In this document: positions 10,111 to 21,081 of the stretch, piece after piece
Layout: each line of letters opens with the position of its first letter
Position numbering within the stretch: the stretch's first letter is position 1
Origin: a virus
DNA length: 64,000 nucleotides
IMG/VR virus record: IMGVR_UViG_3300037504_000588
Location: 1-64,000 of that record
Direction: 5' to 3' (one strand)
The notes under the pieces: model-generated
Databases searched by the model: none
The model's input: only the letters and a program-made list of their open reading frames with translations
Told to the model about the DNA's origin: nothing
Made by a program: the position numbers and the translations under genes

Positions 10111-10398
10111 ATGGAAGAAATGAAACAATTACCTATAACAGAACTTTTGAGAATATATAAAGTTCAAATTAAAACAGATAACATTGATTGTATTAATGAT
10201 ATTAAACTTTTAATAAAGAATAGGGTGTTTGATGATTTCACTATATTTTATGAAGGTGCAAATGGATGTTGCAGTGAGTATAGAAATTCTTTTAGGATAT
10301 TTACAGAAGATATTTTTGATGCCATAAAAGATATTTTAACAGAAGATGAAAGAAACCAATTAGAAAATTATATAATCCGTGAAATAGACAAAATGTAA
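10111..10398 (+). CDS. Hypothetical protein
   Basis: ORF coupled to the dnaE start (TAATG). Confidence 0.55.
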   Translation: MEEMKQLPITELLRIYKVQIKTDNIDCINDIKLLIKNRVFDDFTIFYEGANGCCSEYRNSFRIFTEDIFDAIKDILTEDERNQLENYIIREIDKM

Positions 10399-13300
10399 TG
10401 ATACAAGAACTAAAACAATATTTAAAAGACAACAAAATAAAACATGAATACATTGATGAATTTATATTTATCAACAACAAGTGTTTTGTATTGGTGGCTC
10501 CAAATAAGGAAGGGAAGTTATTCACAGAAGATTTTATTCTCATAACCGATATATCCCCAAAAGAAGATCAATATTATGTATTCAAGTTTGGAGGTAAATG
10601 GTATTACTGTGATAATCCTGCAAAGCCTGAATTAAACTTGTTAAAATACATAGGTGAAGTAGAATTATCCTTTGCCCCTACTCCATTTTTAGGCATTCAT
10701 GGAAAATACGAGATACTTAACGGTTCAAGGGACTATAAGGATTGGTGCAAGAAAGCTAAATTCTTAGAAATAAACACTCTTGGTATATGTGAGAAGAATA
10801 CTCTTGCCGGAACATTATCATTTCAAATAGCATGTAAAGAAAGTGGAATAAAACCTGTAATCGGAGCAACATACACCGTTGACAGAAACGACTACAAGTA
10901 TGATGTTAAGTGTTATGTTAAAAACGAAAAAGGCTGGGAGAATATACTCCTTATAAACAAAGAAGTCAGAATATCAAACAATGGGTATATATTTGAAAAG
11001 GATTTTCTTAAACTACAAGAAGGGTTGGTTATTGTTGTTGACCCTAAAAGCATAGAATTTGATAAAGTATTTCCATTAGATATAAACAAAGATATTTATT
11101 ATCAATTAGATACTTGTGAGTACATTAACAACGATAGGGATAAATGGTATTTAGAGAATTTAAAGAAATTCGTACAGTCTGATATATTTCCAATCGTTAT
11201 AACTGATGCTTACTATCTTGACAAGGAAGATAGCCATATAAAGAAAAAACTCAACCTCATATCAGGCAAAATAGAATATGAAGCTAACAACCAATATTTT
11301 AAACCAATAGATGACTATATTACTGAACTGCATAGTCTATTTAACCCAGAGGATGATAGGTTTGTTGATATACTGGAAAGAGCCATTGCGAACACAAAGA
11401 ACATTTCTAAGGTTTGTGATTTTGAAATACAGACAGGAGTAAAGCACCTTCCTAAATACAAAATGACGAACGAAGAAAAAAAGAAATATAAAAACAATGA
11501 TGAACTTTTCTGGTCATTAATTGAGGAAGGGTTAAGTAAAAAGGAAAATGTTGATATTGATAAGTATGTTAGTAGGATAGAAAAAGAGGTTGAGATTATT
11601 GATCATGGAAATCTGAAAGATTATTTTTTGATTAATTACGATCAAGTAAAGTGGTGCAAAGAAAATAATATACTGACAGGCTTATCTCGTGGTAGTGCAG
11701 CAGGGTTCCTTACATCTAATTTGTTGGATATAACTAAATTAGACCCATTTGATTATAATTTAATTGCTGAGAGGTTTTTAACAAAAGAAAGGGCAAAAAA
11801 TAAAATTGCCGACATTGATATTGATCATGAGCAAGGAAGAAGAGATGATGTAAAAAATTACCTCATAGATAGGTACGGTAAAAATCAATGTTGTTCTGTA
11901 GGAACTTACACAACCCTTCAATTAAAGGGATGTATAAAGGAATTAAGTAGGTTAAATAATATTGATTTTGGCACATCTAATATGGTAACAAGGTCATTAA
12001 AGTTAGAAGATAAAGAGTGGTCAGATATATTTAAAAGAGCAAGTAAAGATAAAATATTAAAAAACTTTATATTAAAACACCCAAATATTATAAATGATAT
12101 TCGTTTAATGTTAGGTTGTATAAAATCAGAATCTATCCATGCTTCCGCTTTTATTATTACTCCCGAAGATAAAAAAGTCATGGAATGGATACCGACAAGG
12201 AAAGAAATTAAAGATGATAAAGAAATTTATATATCTGAATGGGAGGGGTATGACCTTGAAGATGCAGGGTATTTAAAACAAGATGTTCTGGGATTGTCAA
12301 CATTAGATCAAATTAAAGAGAAATTTGATTTAATAGAAAAATATGAAGGGGTTAAATCAACATTTGGTAAAATACCATTAGACGACCCTAAAACATTTCA
12401 TATGTTTTCCGATGGATATAACTGCAATGTGTTTCAATTTGAGGCTGATGGTTTATCTAATTACACAAAACAACTAAAACCATCTAATATAAGCGACATA
12501 ATAGCCACAGTTGCTTTGTATCGCCCTGGTGCAATTGAAAATAACTTTCATAATGAATACATATTATTAAAGAATGGAGAAAAAGAACCTGATTATTATT
12601 GGGGATGTGAAGAGATAACAAAAGATACTTATGGGTTACCTATATACCAAGAACAAATAATGAAAATTTGTCAAGAGGTGGGAGGATTTGATCTTGCATC
12701 TACTGACGAGATACGCAGAGGGTTAGGAAAGAAGAAGATAGAAGTTATTCAACCATTTAAAGAAAAGTTTATTGAAAATGCCGTTAAAAATGGTTGTCCA
12801 GAAAATGAAGCTATAGATATATGGAATATGATGGAAAAATTTGCTGGATATAGTTTCAATTTATCCCATGCAGCATCTTATGGCATCACAGGATATGTAA
12901 CCCAATGGATAAAAGCAAATTACCCTATTTATTCATGGATTGTTGGGTTTAGTTATGCCTCAGAAAACGAAATAGCAGGATACATAAGTGAGATACAGAA
13001 AACAGGAGATATATTAGTAACACCACCTGAGATAAACACCTCCAGCAATACATTTAAGGCTGATTTTACTAAAAACAGTATTCGCTGGTCTTTATCTTCA
13101 ATTAAACAATGTGGAGATAAAGCAGTTGAAGAAATATTAGAAATAAGAGAAGAAGGCGAATATTTTTCATTTGATGAATTTCTTAGTAAGCACGATTTTA
13201 AAGGAAGTAAAGTAAATAAATTAGTTATAGAGAATTTAGTATTAAGTGGTTCTTTTGATGAAATTGAAAATATTAAAAAACCAACACAACGGCTCAGGTT

Positions 13301-13778
13301 AATTGAATATTACCGTGATAAATTTAAGGTGAAAGTTGACAAGAGTAAAGATAAATTCCATACCGATGTTGATTATCTTGATGAAGACTGGTGGTGGTTA
13401 TTGCAACAAAAATTGGTAAGTGGTTTTGCAATATTCCCTTATGAACAGTTGCTTAACGAGGCAATAGAATCAGGTGACAATATAGATGTTGCATTGTTTC
13501 AAGATGAAGATATGGAAGGTAAGAATGTTAAGGTTGGAGGATATATACAGAATATAGATGTTAAGAATAGCAAAAATGGAGATTGGGCTAAGATAACTTT
13601 AGAAAGTAATTATCAATTTATTATAATCACTGTTTTTCAAAGCGAATGGAACGTGATGAAAAAAGATTTTGAAGATGCAGAAAAGAAAGTTGCATTATTC
13701 AGTGGAATTGTAAACAGATATAAAGATAATAATGGTTTAATATTGACTTCTAACAGTGAATATTTAATTTTAGAATAA
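10398..13778 (+). CDS. dnaE: DNA polymerase III alpha subunit (family C)
   Basis: PHP-like N-terminal region, SRGSAAG, DIDID, DVLGL, VFQFE, LYRPG, YQEQIM, GYSFNLSHA, C-terminal OB fold. Confidence 0.95.
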   Translation: MIQELKQYLKDNKIKHEYIDEFIFINNKCFVLVAPNKEGKLFTEDFILITDISPKEDQYYVFKFGGKWYYCDNPAKPELNLLKYIGEVELSFAPTPFLGIHGKYEILNGSRDYKDWCKKAKFLEINTLGICEKNTLAGTLSFQIACKESGIKPVIGATYTVDRNDYKYDVKCYVKNEKGWENILLINKEVRISNNGYIFEKDFLKLQEGLVIVVDPKSIEFDKVFPLDINKDIYYQLDTCEYINNDRDKWYLENLKKFVQSDIFPIVITDAYYLDKEDSHIKKKLNLISGKIEYEANNQYFKPIDDYITELHSLFNPEDDRFVDILERAIANTKNISKVCDFEIQTGVKHLPKYKMTNEEKKKYKNNDELFWSLIEEGLSKKENVDIDKYVSRIEKEVEIIDHGNLKDYFLINYDQVKWCKENNILTGLSRGSAAGFLTSNLLDITKLDPFDYNLIAERFLTKERAKNKIADIDIDHEQGRRDDVKNYLIDRYGKNQCCSVGTYTTLQLKGCIKELSRLNNIDFGTSNMVTRSLKLEDKEWSDIFKRASKDKILKNFILKHPNIINDIRLMLGCIKSESIHASAFIITPEDKKVMEWIPTRKEIKDDKEIYISEWEGYDLEDAGYLKQDVLGLSTLDQIKEKFDLIEKYEGVKSTFGKIPLDDPKTFHMFSDGYNCNVFQFEADGLSNYTKQLKPSNISDIIATVALYRPGAIENNFHNEYILLKNGEKEPDYYWGCEEITKDTYGLPIYQEQIMKICQEVGGFDLASTDEIRRGLGKKKIEVIQPFKEKFIENAVKNGCPENEAIDIWNMMEKFAGYSFNLSHAASYGITGYVTQWIKANYPIYSWIVGFSYASENEIAGYISEIQKTGDILVTPPEINTSSNTFKADFTKNSIRWSLSSIKQCGDKAVEEILEIREEGEYFSFDEFLSKHDFKGSKVNKLVIENLVLSGSFDEIENIKKPTQRLRLIEYYRDKFKVKVDKSKDKFHTDVDYLDEDWWWLLQQKLVSGFAIFPYEQLLNEAIESGDNIDVALFQDEDMEGKNVKVGGYIQNIDVKNSKNGDWAKITLESNYQFIIITVFQSEWNVMKKDFEDAEKKVALFSGIVNRYKDNNGLILTSNSEYLILE

Positions 13779-13784
13779 AATTAT

Positions 13785-13815
13785 TTTGTTTTTATATAAA
13801 AAAGTATTATATTTG
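13785..13815 (+). promoter_or_regulatory. Bacteroidota-type promoter (-33 TTTG, -7 TATATTTG)
   Basis: tttg-tttttatataaaaaagtat-tatatttg, 19-nt spacer; member of a repeat family. Confidence 0.7.
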
Positions 13816-13833
13816 TAAACTTAAATTTGAACT

Positions 13834-14307
13834 ATGAGACCAAAAGAAAGAATCCCTATATTTATGAAATTTATCAAAGTGGGTTGTAATTTAGATAAGT
13901 TAATAAAAGACATTTATAAGTTACCTTTTAAAAAGAAAAAAAGAAAAAAAGTTATTGAAAGCATAAAAGAAAACTTTGATCTAATTGAAGAGTATTGGTT
14001 AAATAATTATGATTTAAGATTTTCTCAAGTCTTGGTAAGTTTAAGATTTATTGATAATTTTGTCGGCTTTTGGTTTTATTTAGAAAGCTATGAAATATTA
14101 AACCAATTAAGTATTCCAGAAAGGGAATATTACCTTTGGAAAAGTATTTTAAACGAAAAGATGGAGAGGTTAAACACTCCTAAAATACAACCAATTAAGG
14201 ATTTAACAACTGAACATATAAAGTCAATATTAGAAGGCGGTTTTGTAGATTCTATACCAAAACATAAGAGAATATTGCAAGAAGAACTTAATTTAAGAAT
14301 TATTTAA
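13834..14307 (+). CDS. Hypothetical phage protein
   Basis: 157-aa ORF directly after the promoter. Confidence 0.65.
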   Translation: MRPKERIPIFMKFIKVGCNLDKLIKDIYKLPFKKKKRKKVIESIKENFDLIEEYWLNNYDLRFSQVLVSLRFIDNFVGFWFYLESYEILNQLSIPEREYYLWKSILNEKMERLNTPKIQPIKDLTTEHIKSILEGGFVDSIPKHKRILQEELNLRII

Positions 14308-14325
14308 AAATAAAATTTAATCATA

Positions 14326-14883
14326 ATGAAACACGAAAGTATATTTATCCACACGCCTTCTAAAACAATAGAAATATTAATAGGTGAATTCGGGAGTGAA
14401 GTAGATGGTGACAAATTAACATCTATTGATTACAGTAATCTTTACGGTGAAGCCATAAGTGTTTCCGCTTTACTTAATAAAGTTGGAATACTTAAATCCC
14501 AAGCAGAAGATCAATATAACGAAAAGAAATTAGAGTTTGATATATACGAAGCCGAAAGACGAAAAGAAATGAGGAGACAGGCTACTGACAATGGAGGTAA
14601 GTTTCAGTACGAAAAAGACGGAGAGTGGATGAAGATGACTGAAAAGTCATTAGACGAAGCTATTATATTAGATAAAGGATGGCAGGTTAAAAAGAAGAAT
14701 GTGTTTAAAGCACAAAAAGATTTAGGGTTTGTGGATGCTCTGTATTGGGGGATACAAAGCAAGGACAGAAAGTTGAGCGTTATGATGAAGGGTGTGTCTC
14801 CAGAGGAATTATCTAATGAAATAGTTGAAGGTAGCATCAACACCCTGTTCATTAAGAAACACAAGAAATTAAGTAACAATTAA
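14326..14883 (+). CDS. Helical protein, possibly a UvsY-like recombination mediator
   Basis: Coiled-coil character and position in the SSB/RecA block; function is inference. Confidence 0.4.
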   Translation: MKHESIFIHTPSKTIEILIGEFGSEVDGDKLTSIDYSNLYGEAISVSALLNKVGILKSQAEDQYNEKKLEFDIYEAERRKEMRRQATDNGGKFQYEKDGEWMKMTEKSLDEAIILDKGWQVKKKNVFKAQKDLGFVDALYWGIQSKDRKLSVMMKGVSPEELSNEIVEGSINTLFIKKHKKLSNN

Positions 14884-14894
14884 TCATTACACAT

Positions 14895-15191
14895 ATGGAA
14901 ATTAAAATCAGTGATAAGTACAGATTGGTAAGTCAAGAGGTTGGATTTGATGTGATTGAAAAGGTCGTTAGGCATAAAAATAAAAAAGGAGAAAAAGGTA
15001 TAAATGCAGAGAAAACAGGAGAAACTTATGAGTCAGACAATGTATTAGGTTATAATATGTCGTTGGAAGGAGCAATTAAAAAACTAATACATTTAACATT
15101 GCATACCAAAAAATTAAAATTAACTTTATCTGAATTTCTTGAAGAATATAAAAAAGAAAAAGAAAGAATAGAAGAATTAATCAATGTTTAA
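14895..15191 (+). CDS. Hypothetical protein
   Basis: 98-aa ORF in operon. Confidence 0.6.
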   Translation: MEIKISDKYRLVSQEVGFDVIEKVVRHKNKKGEKGINAEKTGETYESDNVLGYNMSLEGAIKKLIHLTLHTKKLKLTLSEFLEEYKKEKERIEELINV

Positions 15192-15209
15192 CAATTAAAA
15201 TTAATTAAA

Positions 15210-16577
15210 ATGAGTGAATCAATCAGAAATCGCTTTAGAGGAGCAAAATTGTCTAATTTACAAGACACAATTAAAGAAGCAAAATCAAAGTCTTACAGCC
15301 AAAACGAAAGGCCAGGATTTCATAATGTAACAAAAGAACCAGGGGTGTATAAATTAAGAATTGCACCTCCACACAACGTGGATACAGGTGTTAGTTTTCG
15401 ACCGATTCGTACAACTTTCCTAAAGTGTGAACTTCCTAAGTTGGATGAAAATAAAAAAGAAATAGAAGGAGAGGTTGAAATTAGAGGAAAAAAGGTTTTT
15501 ATTGCTACAATGCATGGAGATTCTATTGAAAAAGACCCTGTAGAGCTCTATATTGAGCACGTTAAAAAACAAGTATATGATCAATATCAAGATAAAGATG
15601 AAAGGCAAAAAAGATTAATACCGATTACAGGAAATTTTAAAAAAGGAAAAGATAATATCCCAGGAATCACTCCCCAAACTAATTATGTAGCCTATGCATG
15701 GATGAATGGAAGGTTAGGTAGAGTAGAGGTTTATCAGTCCATTATGAACAAAATAGAAGAATTAAATATAGCAGAACAATCAGATGAAGAGATTAAGATA
15801 GATATTTTCGCTGACCCCGTAGAACCTATTTTCCTTGTAATAGATAATGACCCTTCAAGGGGAAGCAAGCAGAGATATATTGTATCTAAAGAATCTCCAA
15901 ATTTTGCTAAGTATTTGAAAGAATATAAGAATAAAGAAGAGGCTATTGAGAAATATGAAAAAGCTTGTGAGGGTTATAAAGTATCAGACGAACAATTAAA
16001 AGAACTCCTTGAAAAAGAATCTTTAGAGGAATTATATGTGAATGTTTACACGAAAAGAGATTTTGATCTTGCGCTGAATGGGTTAAAAATTTTCGATGAA
16101 CAAAATGAATATAAAATTTTTGAAAATGAGGAGTTTTTAAAAGAACTTGAAGAGATTGAAAAACAAGTTCCTGAGAAGACTGAAAAAGAGAATTCAAATG
16201 AGGAGAAGGATGTAGAAGATAATTTTAAAAAAACACAAGAGGAACAAGAAGAAAGCGTACAAGAAGATTACACAAAGTGGAGTAAAATTAAATGCAGGAA
16301 ACATCTTGAGGCTTATATTCTTGAGAATTATGGTAATGATGCAATGTTGCCAGAAAAAGTAGAAGGTGATTTGGATGTTTTGAGGAAGTGGGTTGAGCTT
16401 TCTATTAAAGAAGAAGAGCTACCATTTGAAGATTATCAAGAGCAAGAAAAAGATGATTCAAATGAAAAACAAGAAGGATCAAGTAATAATAAAGAAGATG
16501 TAAAAGAAGAAAAAGATTTAAATCCTGATTTAAGAGCAAAATTAGAAAAATTAAAAAATAAATCAAAAAAGGGTTAA
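15210..16577 (+). CDS. Putative gp32-like ssDNA-binding protein
   Basis: YKLRIAPPH, DPVELY, long acidic tail; upstream of SbcD/RecA and followed by a terminator. Confidence 0.55.
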   Translation: MSESIRNRFRGAKLSNLQDTIKEAKSKSYSQNERPGFHNVTKEPGVYKLRIAPPHNVDTGVSFRPIRTTFLKCELPKLDENKKEIEGEVEIRGKKVFIATMHGDSIEKDPVELYIEHVKKQVYDQYQDKDERQKRLIPITGNFKKGKDNIPGITPQTNYVAYAWMNGRLGRVEVYQSIMNKIEELNIAEQSDEEIKIDIFADPVEPIFLVIDNDPSRGSKQRYIVSKESPNFAKYLKEYKNKEEAIEKYEKACEGYKVSDEQLKELLEKESLEELYVNVYTKRDFDLALNGLKIFDEQNEYKIFENEEFLKELEEIEKQVPEKTEKENSNEEKDVEDNFKKTQEEQEESVQEDYTKWSKIKCRKHLEAYILENYGNDAMLPEKVEGDLDVLRKWVELSIKEEELPFEDYQEQEKDDSNEKQEGSSNNKEDVKEEKDLNPDLRAKLEKLKNKSKKG

Positions 16578-16606
16578 GTTAGGCGCAATTAAGTGTTTTT
16601 AGGTTG

Positions 16607-16649
16607 GAAGGATGTGAGTTTTATTTGTTTCCTCACATCCTTCTTTTTT
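16607..16649 (+). terminator. Rho-independent terminator
   Basis: gaaggatgtgag / ctcacatccttc 12-bp stem followed by a T6 tract. Confidence 0.8.
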
Positions 16650-16671
16650 AATAAATTTAAAATATTAGAAT

Positions 16672-17667
16672 ATGGATCAGTCTATTTTAATTTCAACAGA
16701 TTGGCATTTAAAGGAAGATAATGTTGATCTAATTAAACATTTAGCTATACAGAAAAGAAATTTAGCTAAAAAATTAGGTATAAAGAAATTGTTCATCTTA
16801 GGAGATGTGTTTCATAACAGAATTTCTCAGAAGCAACAAGTATTGTCAGCTTTACATACTATACTTGTTGATATTTTTTATGGATACGAAGTATATATTA
16901 TTCCAGGAAATCATGACAAAACTGATTATAATTTAAAAGAAAGTTTTTTAGATTGTTTTTCTGCTTATAAAAAAGTAATTAGTAATTATGAATATTTACA
17001 ATTAGGGGATGTAAGATTTCATTTTATGCCCTTTTTTAAAGAAAATATTTGGATTGAAGAGTTCACTCCAAAATTGAATAATGATTGTTTTAATATACTT
17101 TTGACACATATTGCAATAACAGGAAGCAAAAACAATGACGGTTCGTTGGTAGAGTCTTCATTGAATGCAAAAATGTTTGAAAAATTTGATCTTGTTCTTT
17201 CAGGACATTACCACAATAAACAAAAAATTGGTGAAAATTTTTATCACATTCCTTCAATATGCCAGCATAATTATGGAGAAGATAAAGAAAAGGGGTTTAC
17301 AATATTACATAATGACAATAGAATAGAGCTATATAAATCAACCTTTCCTACATACGAAAAGATAATTGTTAATGTGGACGAAAAAAGCAAAAAAGAAATA
17401 GATTCTATTGTAGAAAAATATAAAGACAAAGATAATTGTAGAATAGAGTTAATAGGCAGTGAAAGCAATATTAATAGTATTGATAAAAACAAAATACTTT
17501 CACAGGGTATTGACGTTAAGGCAAAGATAAATGAAATAGAAGACACATCTATACAAGGGCAAATTACTGAAAAAATAACTGATAAAAGATTAAAAGAGGA
17601 ATTTAAAGAATTTTGTGAAAAAGAAAAATTAAATTTTAAAGAAGGTTTAGAATTATTAAAAAATTAA
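16672..17667 (+). CDS. SbcD/Mre11-like nuclease
   Basis: TDWH, LGDVFH, PGNHD, SGHYH motifs; SbcC nearby. Confidence 0.9.
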   Translation: MDQSILISTDWHLKEDNVDLIKHLAIQKRNLAKKLGIKKLFILGDVFHNRISQKQQVLSALHTILVDIFYGYEVYIIPGNHDKTDYNLKESFLDCFSAYKKVISNYEYLQLGDVRFHFMPFFKENIWIEEFTPKLNNDCFNILLTHIAITGSKNNDGSLVESSLNAKMFEKFDLVLSGHYHNKQKIGENFYHIPSICQHNYGEDKEKGFTILHNDNRIELYKSTFPTYEKIIVNVDEKSKKEIDSIVEKYKDKDNCRIELIGSESNINSIDKNKILSQGIDVKAKINEIEDTSIQGQITEKITDKRLKEEFKEFCEKEKLNFKEGLELLKN

Positions 17668-17672
17668 CAAAT

Positions 17673-18647
17673 ATGACAAAAGAAAACACTATTACAATAA
17701 ATCAAGTAATTTCTAATATTGAAAAAAGATTTGGAAAAGAAGCAATCGCAGGAAAACAAGAAGGGGTTGAGTTTGTTTCTTCTGGCTCAATTTCCCTTGA
17801 TGTTGCATTAGGAGGAGGATGGGCTAAAGGAAGGATTGCTGAGATATATGGATGGGAAAGTAGTGGTAAGACAACAGTAGCCTTACATCTTGCAGCAGAA
17901 ATACAAAGGTTAGGTAAGGCTGTTGTTTATATAGATACAGAGAATTCTCTTGACACAGTCTATGCACATAAGTTGGGAGTAAATATTGAAGATAAGGGTG
18001 GTTTGTGGTATTTAAGTCAACCGGAAGATGGAGAAACAGCAATTGAAATAGGAAGAGAGTTTGCAAAATCGAAAGATGTAGGGTTAGTAGTGTTTGACAG
18101 TGTAACCTCTATGTTACCCCGTGCACAAATACAGGGAGAAGCAGGTGATCAAAAAATGGGGTTGTTGGCAAGATTAATGTCACAATACATGCCAACATTA
18201 AAAGACCCGATAAAACGCTCAGGTTGCATTATTTTATTTATCAATCAATTGCGTGAAAAAATTGGAGTAATGTTCGGAAGCTCCGAAACTACAACAGGTG
18301 GCAATGCTCTTAAATTTTATGCATCGCAAAGGGTAAAGATTTCAAGAAGCGGACAAACTAAAGACAACAATAACGATATAATAGCTAACGGAACAAAATG
18401 TAAAGTGGTTAAAAACAAAGTTGATTTACCTTTTAAAGAGGCGTTATTTAAAATACGCTTTGGGGAAGGTATTGACAAGCTAAGTGAAATTATTGATATA
18501 GCTGCAGATGCTAATATTATACAAAAAAGGGGAAGTTGGTATAATTATGGAGACATTAAACTTGGACAAGGTGAAGAGAAAGTAAGAGAACTTTTGAAAG
18601 ATAATCCTGAACTTGTAGAAGAAATTAAACAAAAAATAAAACAATAA
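17673..18647 (+). CDS. recA: Recombinase RecA
   Basis: GWESSGKTT, FINQLREKIGVMFG, TTGGNALKFYAS, KVVKNKV. Confidence 0.97.
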   Translation: MTKENTITINQVISNIEKRFGKEAIAGKQEGVEFVSSGSISLDVALGGGWAKGRIAEIYGWESSGKTTVALHLAAEIQRLGKAVVYIDTENSLDTVYAHKLGVNIEDKGGLWYLSQPEDGETAIEIGREFAKSKDVGLVVFDSVTSMLPRAQIQGEAGDQKMGLLARLMSQYMPTLKDPIKRSGCIILFINQLREKIGVMFGSSETTTGGNALKFYASQRVKISRSGQTKDNNNDIIANGTKCKVVKNKVDLPFKEALFKIRFGEGIDKLSEIIDIAADANIIQKRGSWYNYGDIKLGQGEEKVRELLKDNPELVEEIKQKIKQ

Positions 18648-18652
18648 TTACT

Positions 18653-20656
18653 ATGTTTTTAAATTCATTATATTTAAAAAATTTTATTTCTTTTGAAGAA
18701 CAAGAATATGTTTTTAAAAGAGGTGTTCCTGTTTTAATTCAAGGAAAAAATTATTACAGAGAAGGGCAAGAAAGTAATGGAAGTGGTAAAACTGCTTTGC
18801 AGGCAGGAGTAGAATATTGTTTATTGAAAACAACTTCACGTAAAGAAAGGGACGTAAATCTTATTCGCAGAGGCTATAAGCAATCTATCTTGAAATTAAA
18901 TGTAGAATGTCCTATAAGGAAAGAAACGTTGAAGATACTAAGGGAGATTAATTTAAAAGGCTCTTCTACATGCAGGATAGAAATAAATAATGAAGAATTA
19001 TTTGACACAAAGAAAGGTAATGGAACCAATGACGAAGCAAATAATTTTATTATGAAATGGTTTGCATTTGAAGATAAAGAAGATTTAAAGAATTATTATA
19101 TAATGAATAAAGAAAGTCACAGATCATTCTTTAAATCTTCTAATACTAAAAAACTTGAATTAATTGCCAGATTATATGACTTTTCAAGTATAGATAATGC
19201 GGTTATAAAATTAAATAATAAAATATCTGAAAAAGAAAAAGAAGTTTCAAAGTTACAAGAAGAAATTTATAAAATAGAAGGTAAGATTGAAGCAAATGAA
19301 GAAAGTATTGAATCTTCGTCTTCTAAAAAAGATTGGGAAAAGCAAAAAGAATTAAAAATAAAAGAAAAAGATGTTGAGATTATAAATGAAGAAAAATTAT
19401 TAAAAGAATTAGAAAACGATATATTTAAAAATAAAAAGGAAAAAGATTCATTACAAAATGAAATTGGTAAAATAAATAATGAAATTAATGAAGTTACAAA
19501 AGATTTAAAGGAAAAATCAAAAGAGTTTGAAGGAAATATTGAAAAACTTGAAGCAAAAAAGGAAGATAGTCAATCTTTAATAGATGAAAGCAATGATATT
19601 AAAGATAGCTATAATCAAGAACTTGAAAAAATAAACAAAAAACTTTCTTCTATTAACAAAAATTTGATGGATTCTGTTGTTTGTCCAAATTGTGAATTTG
19701 AATTTTTACCGGGAAAAGATGTTGATGTAAAAGAAGAAGAAAAAAGGAAGAATGAAATTGAAGAAAGTCTTAAGTCTATTAATAATAGCATTAAGGAATG
19801 TCAAGAGTTAATAGATAACGGAAAAGAGCAAAAATTAGCCTTTAAAGAAAAAATTAAAAATGAACAAGAGAAAAAACAAATTAAAACTAAAAAAATAAGA
19901 GAATCTCTTGAATCAATTGAAGAAAATTTAAATACAAAAAAGAAAAATCTTTCAAGTGTTGAAGAATCTATTTATGCCAAAGAACAAAAAAAGAAAAGAT
20001 ATAGTGATAATATAAAAACCATTAAGGAAGAAAAAGCAAATATTATAAAGGAGGAATACAATGATAAATACATTTTACAATTAAAAGAAAAAAATAAAGA
20101 ATATTTAACAGATAAAACAAACAAAGAAGATGAAGTGTCTTTAATAGAAGAAGAAATAACATCTTTAAAGAAATGGATTAGCGATTTTAATAAATTTAAA
20201 ATGTTTCTTTCTAATAAAGTCTTATTAATTATTCAAAATAAAATTAATAAATGTTTAAAAGATATGAAAAGCGAATTACGTGTTAAAATTGAAGGATTTA
20301 AGCAAAATTCTGATGGAACACTTAAAGAACAGATCACTCCTTATGTTTTAGATAATTCAGATATTTGTTCTTTTAATAGTTTTTCAGGAGGAGAAAGAGC
20401 GAGATTAAATTATGCAGAAATTGTAGCAATACAAGAGCTTATAAACAATTCTCATCCTCACGGAGGGTTAGATTTAATGTGGGCTGATGAAATTAATGAA
20501 GGATTAGACCCACTGGGTACTGTTAATGTGCTTAAATCTTTAAAACACTTAAATAAAACTATTTTGTTAACTACCCATGTTTCGGTTGATGATATGTATG
20601 ATAATAAAATAGTTGTGGAAAATAGAAATGGGGTAAGTAAAATACAAACAAATTAA
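18653..20656 (+). CDS. SbcC/Rad50-like ATPase
   Basis: NGSGKT Walker A, coiled coils, CPNC zinc hook, FSGGE signature, WADE Walker B. Confidence 0.9.
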   Translation: MFLNSLYLKNFISFEEQEYVFKRGVPVLIQGKNYYREGQESNGSGKTALQAGVEYCLLKTTSRKERDVNLIRRGYKQSILKLNVECPIRKETLKILREINLKGSSTCRIEINNEELFDTKKGNGTNDEANNFIMKWFAFEDKEDLKNYYIMNKESHRSFFKSSNTKKLELIARLYDFSSIDNAVIKLNNKISEKEKEVSKLQEEIYKIEGKIEANEESIESSSSKKDWEKQKELKIKEKDVEIINEEKLLKELENDIFKNKKEKDSLQNEIGKINNEINEVTKDLKEKSKEFEGNIEKLEAKKEDSQSLIDESNDIKDSYNQELEKINKKLSSINKNLMDSVVCPNCEFEFLPGKDVDVKEEEKRKNEIEESLKSINNSIKECQELIDNGKEQKLAFKEKIKNEQEKKQIKTKKIRESLESIEENLNTKKKNLSSVEESIYAKEQKKKRYSDNIKTIKEEKANIIKEEYNDKYILQLKEKNKEYLTDKTNKEDEVSLIEEEITSLKKWISDFNKFKMFLSNKVLLIIQNKINKCLKDMKSELRVKIEGFKQNSDGTLKEQITPYVLDNSDICSFNSFSGGERARLNYAEIVAIQELINNSHPHGGLDLMWADEINEGLDPLGTVNVLKSLKHLNKTILLTTHVSVDDMYDNKIVVENRNGVSKIQTN

Positions 20657-20686
20657 TTATATTTATAAACCTTTAAATTAAAAAAA

Positions 20687-21073
20687 ATGGAAATATTAAA
20701 TTCTATATTGTTTTCTTCTATTATTGCGATAGCAGTGGTTTTTGGAATGGTTTACGTTAATAAGTATAAATGGATGAGGTATCACGAAAAAGCTGTTGGG
20801 GTAACTTGGGCTAATTTAAGCAAGGAATTAAGAATATTAATCAGATCATTTATGATTATTATAGGATTCTCCTGGTGTTCAATTGCCATAATAACTGTAT
20901 GTTTTTATCATCTAACAAAGGATATACCTATATCTATAATTCCAATATTTTTGATGAATATAGGGACATTTATTGGGTCTTTTAAGTTAAAGTTTGATAC
21001 AAGAGGTAATCCTCCTGTATGGTTGTCTCTTTTATTATTTATTATTATGATATTTTTAGTTTTAAATTTTTAA
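20687..21073 (+). CDS. Membrane protein (about 4 TM segments)
   Basis: Hydrophobic segments throughout. Confidence 0.6.
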   Translation: MEILNSILFSSIIAIAVVFGMVYVNKYKWMRYHEKAVGVTWANLSKELRILIRSFMIIIGFSWCSIAIITVCFYHLTKDIPISIIPIFLMNIGTFIGSFKLKFDTRGNPPVWLSLLLFIIMIFLVLNF

Positions 21074-21081
21074 TATATATT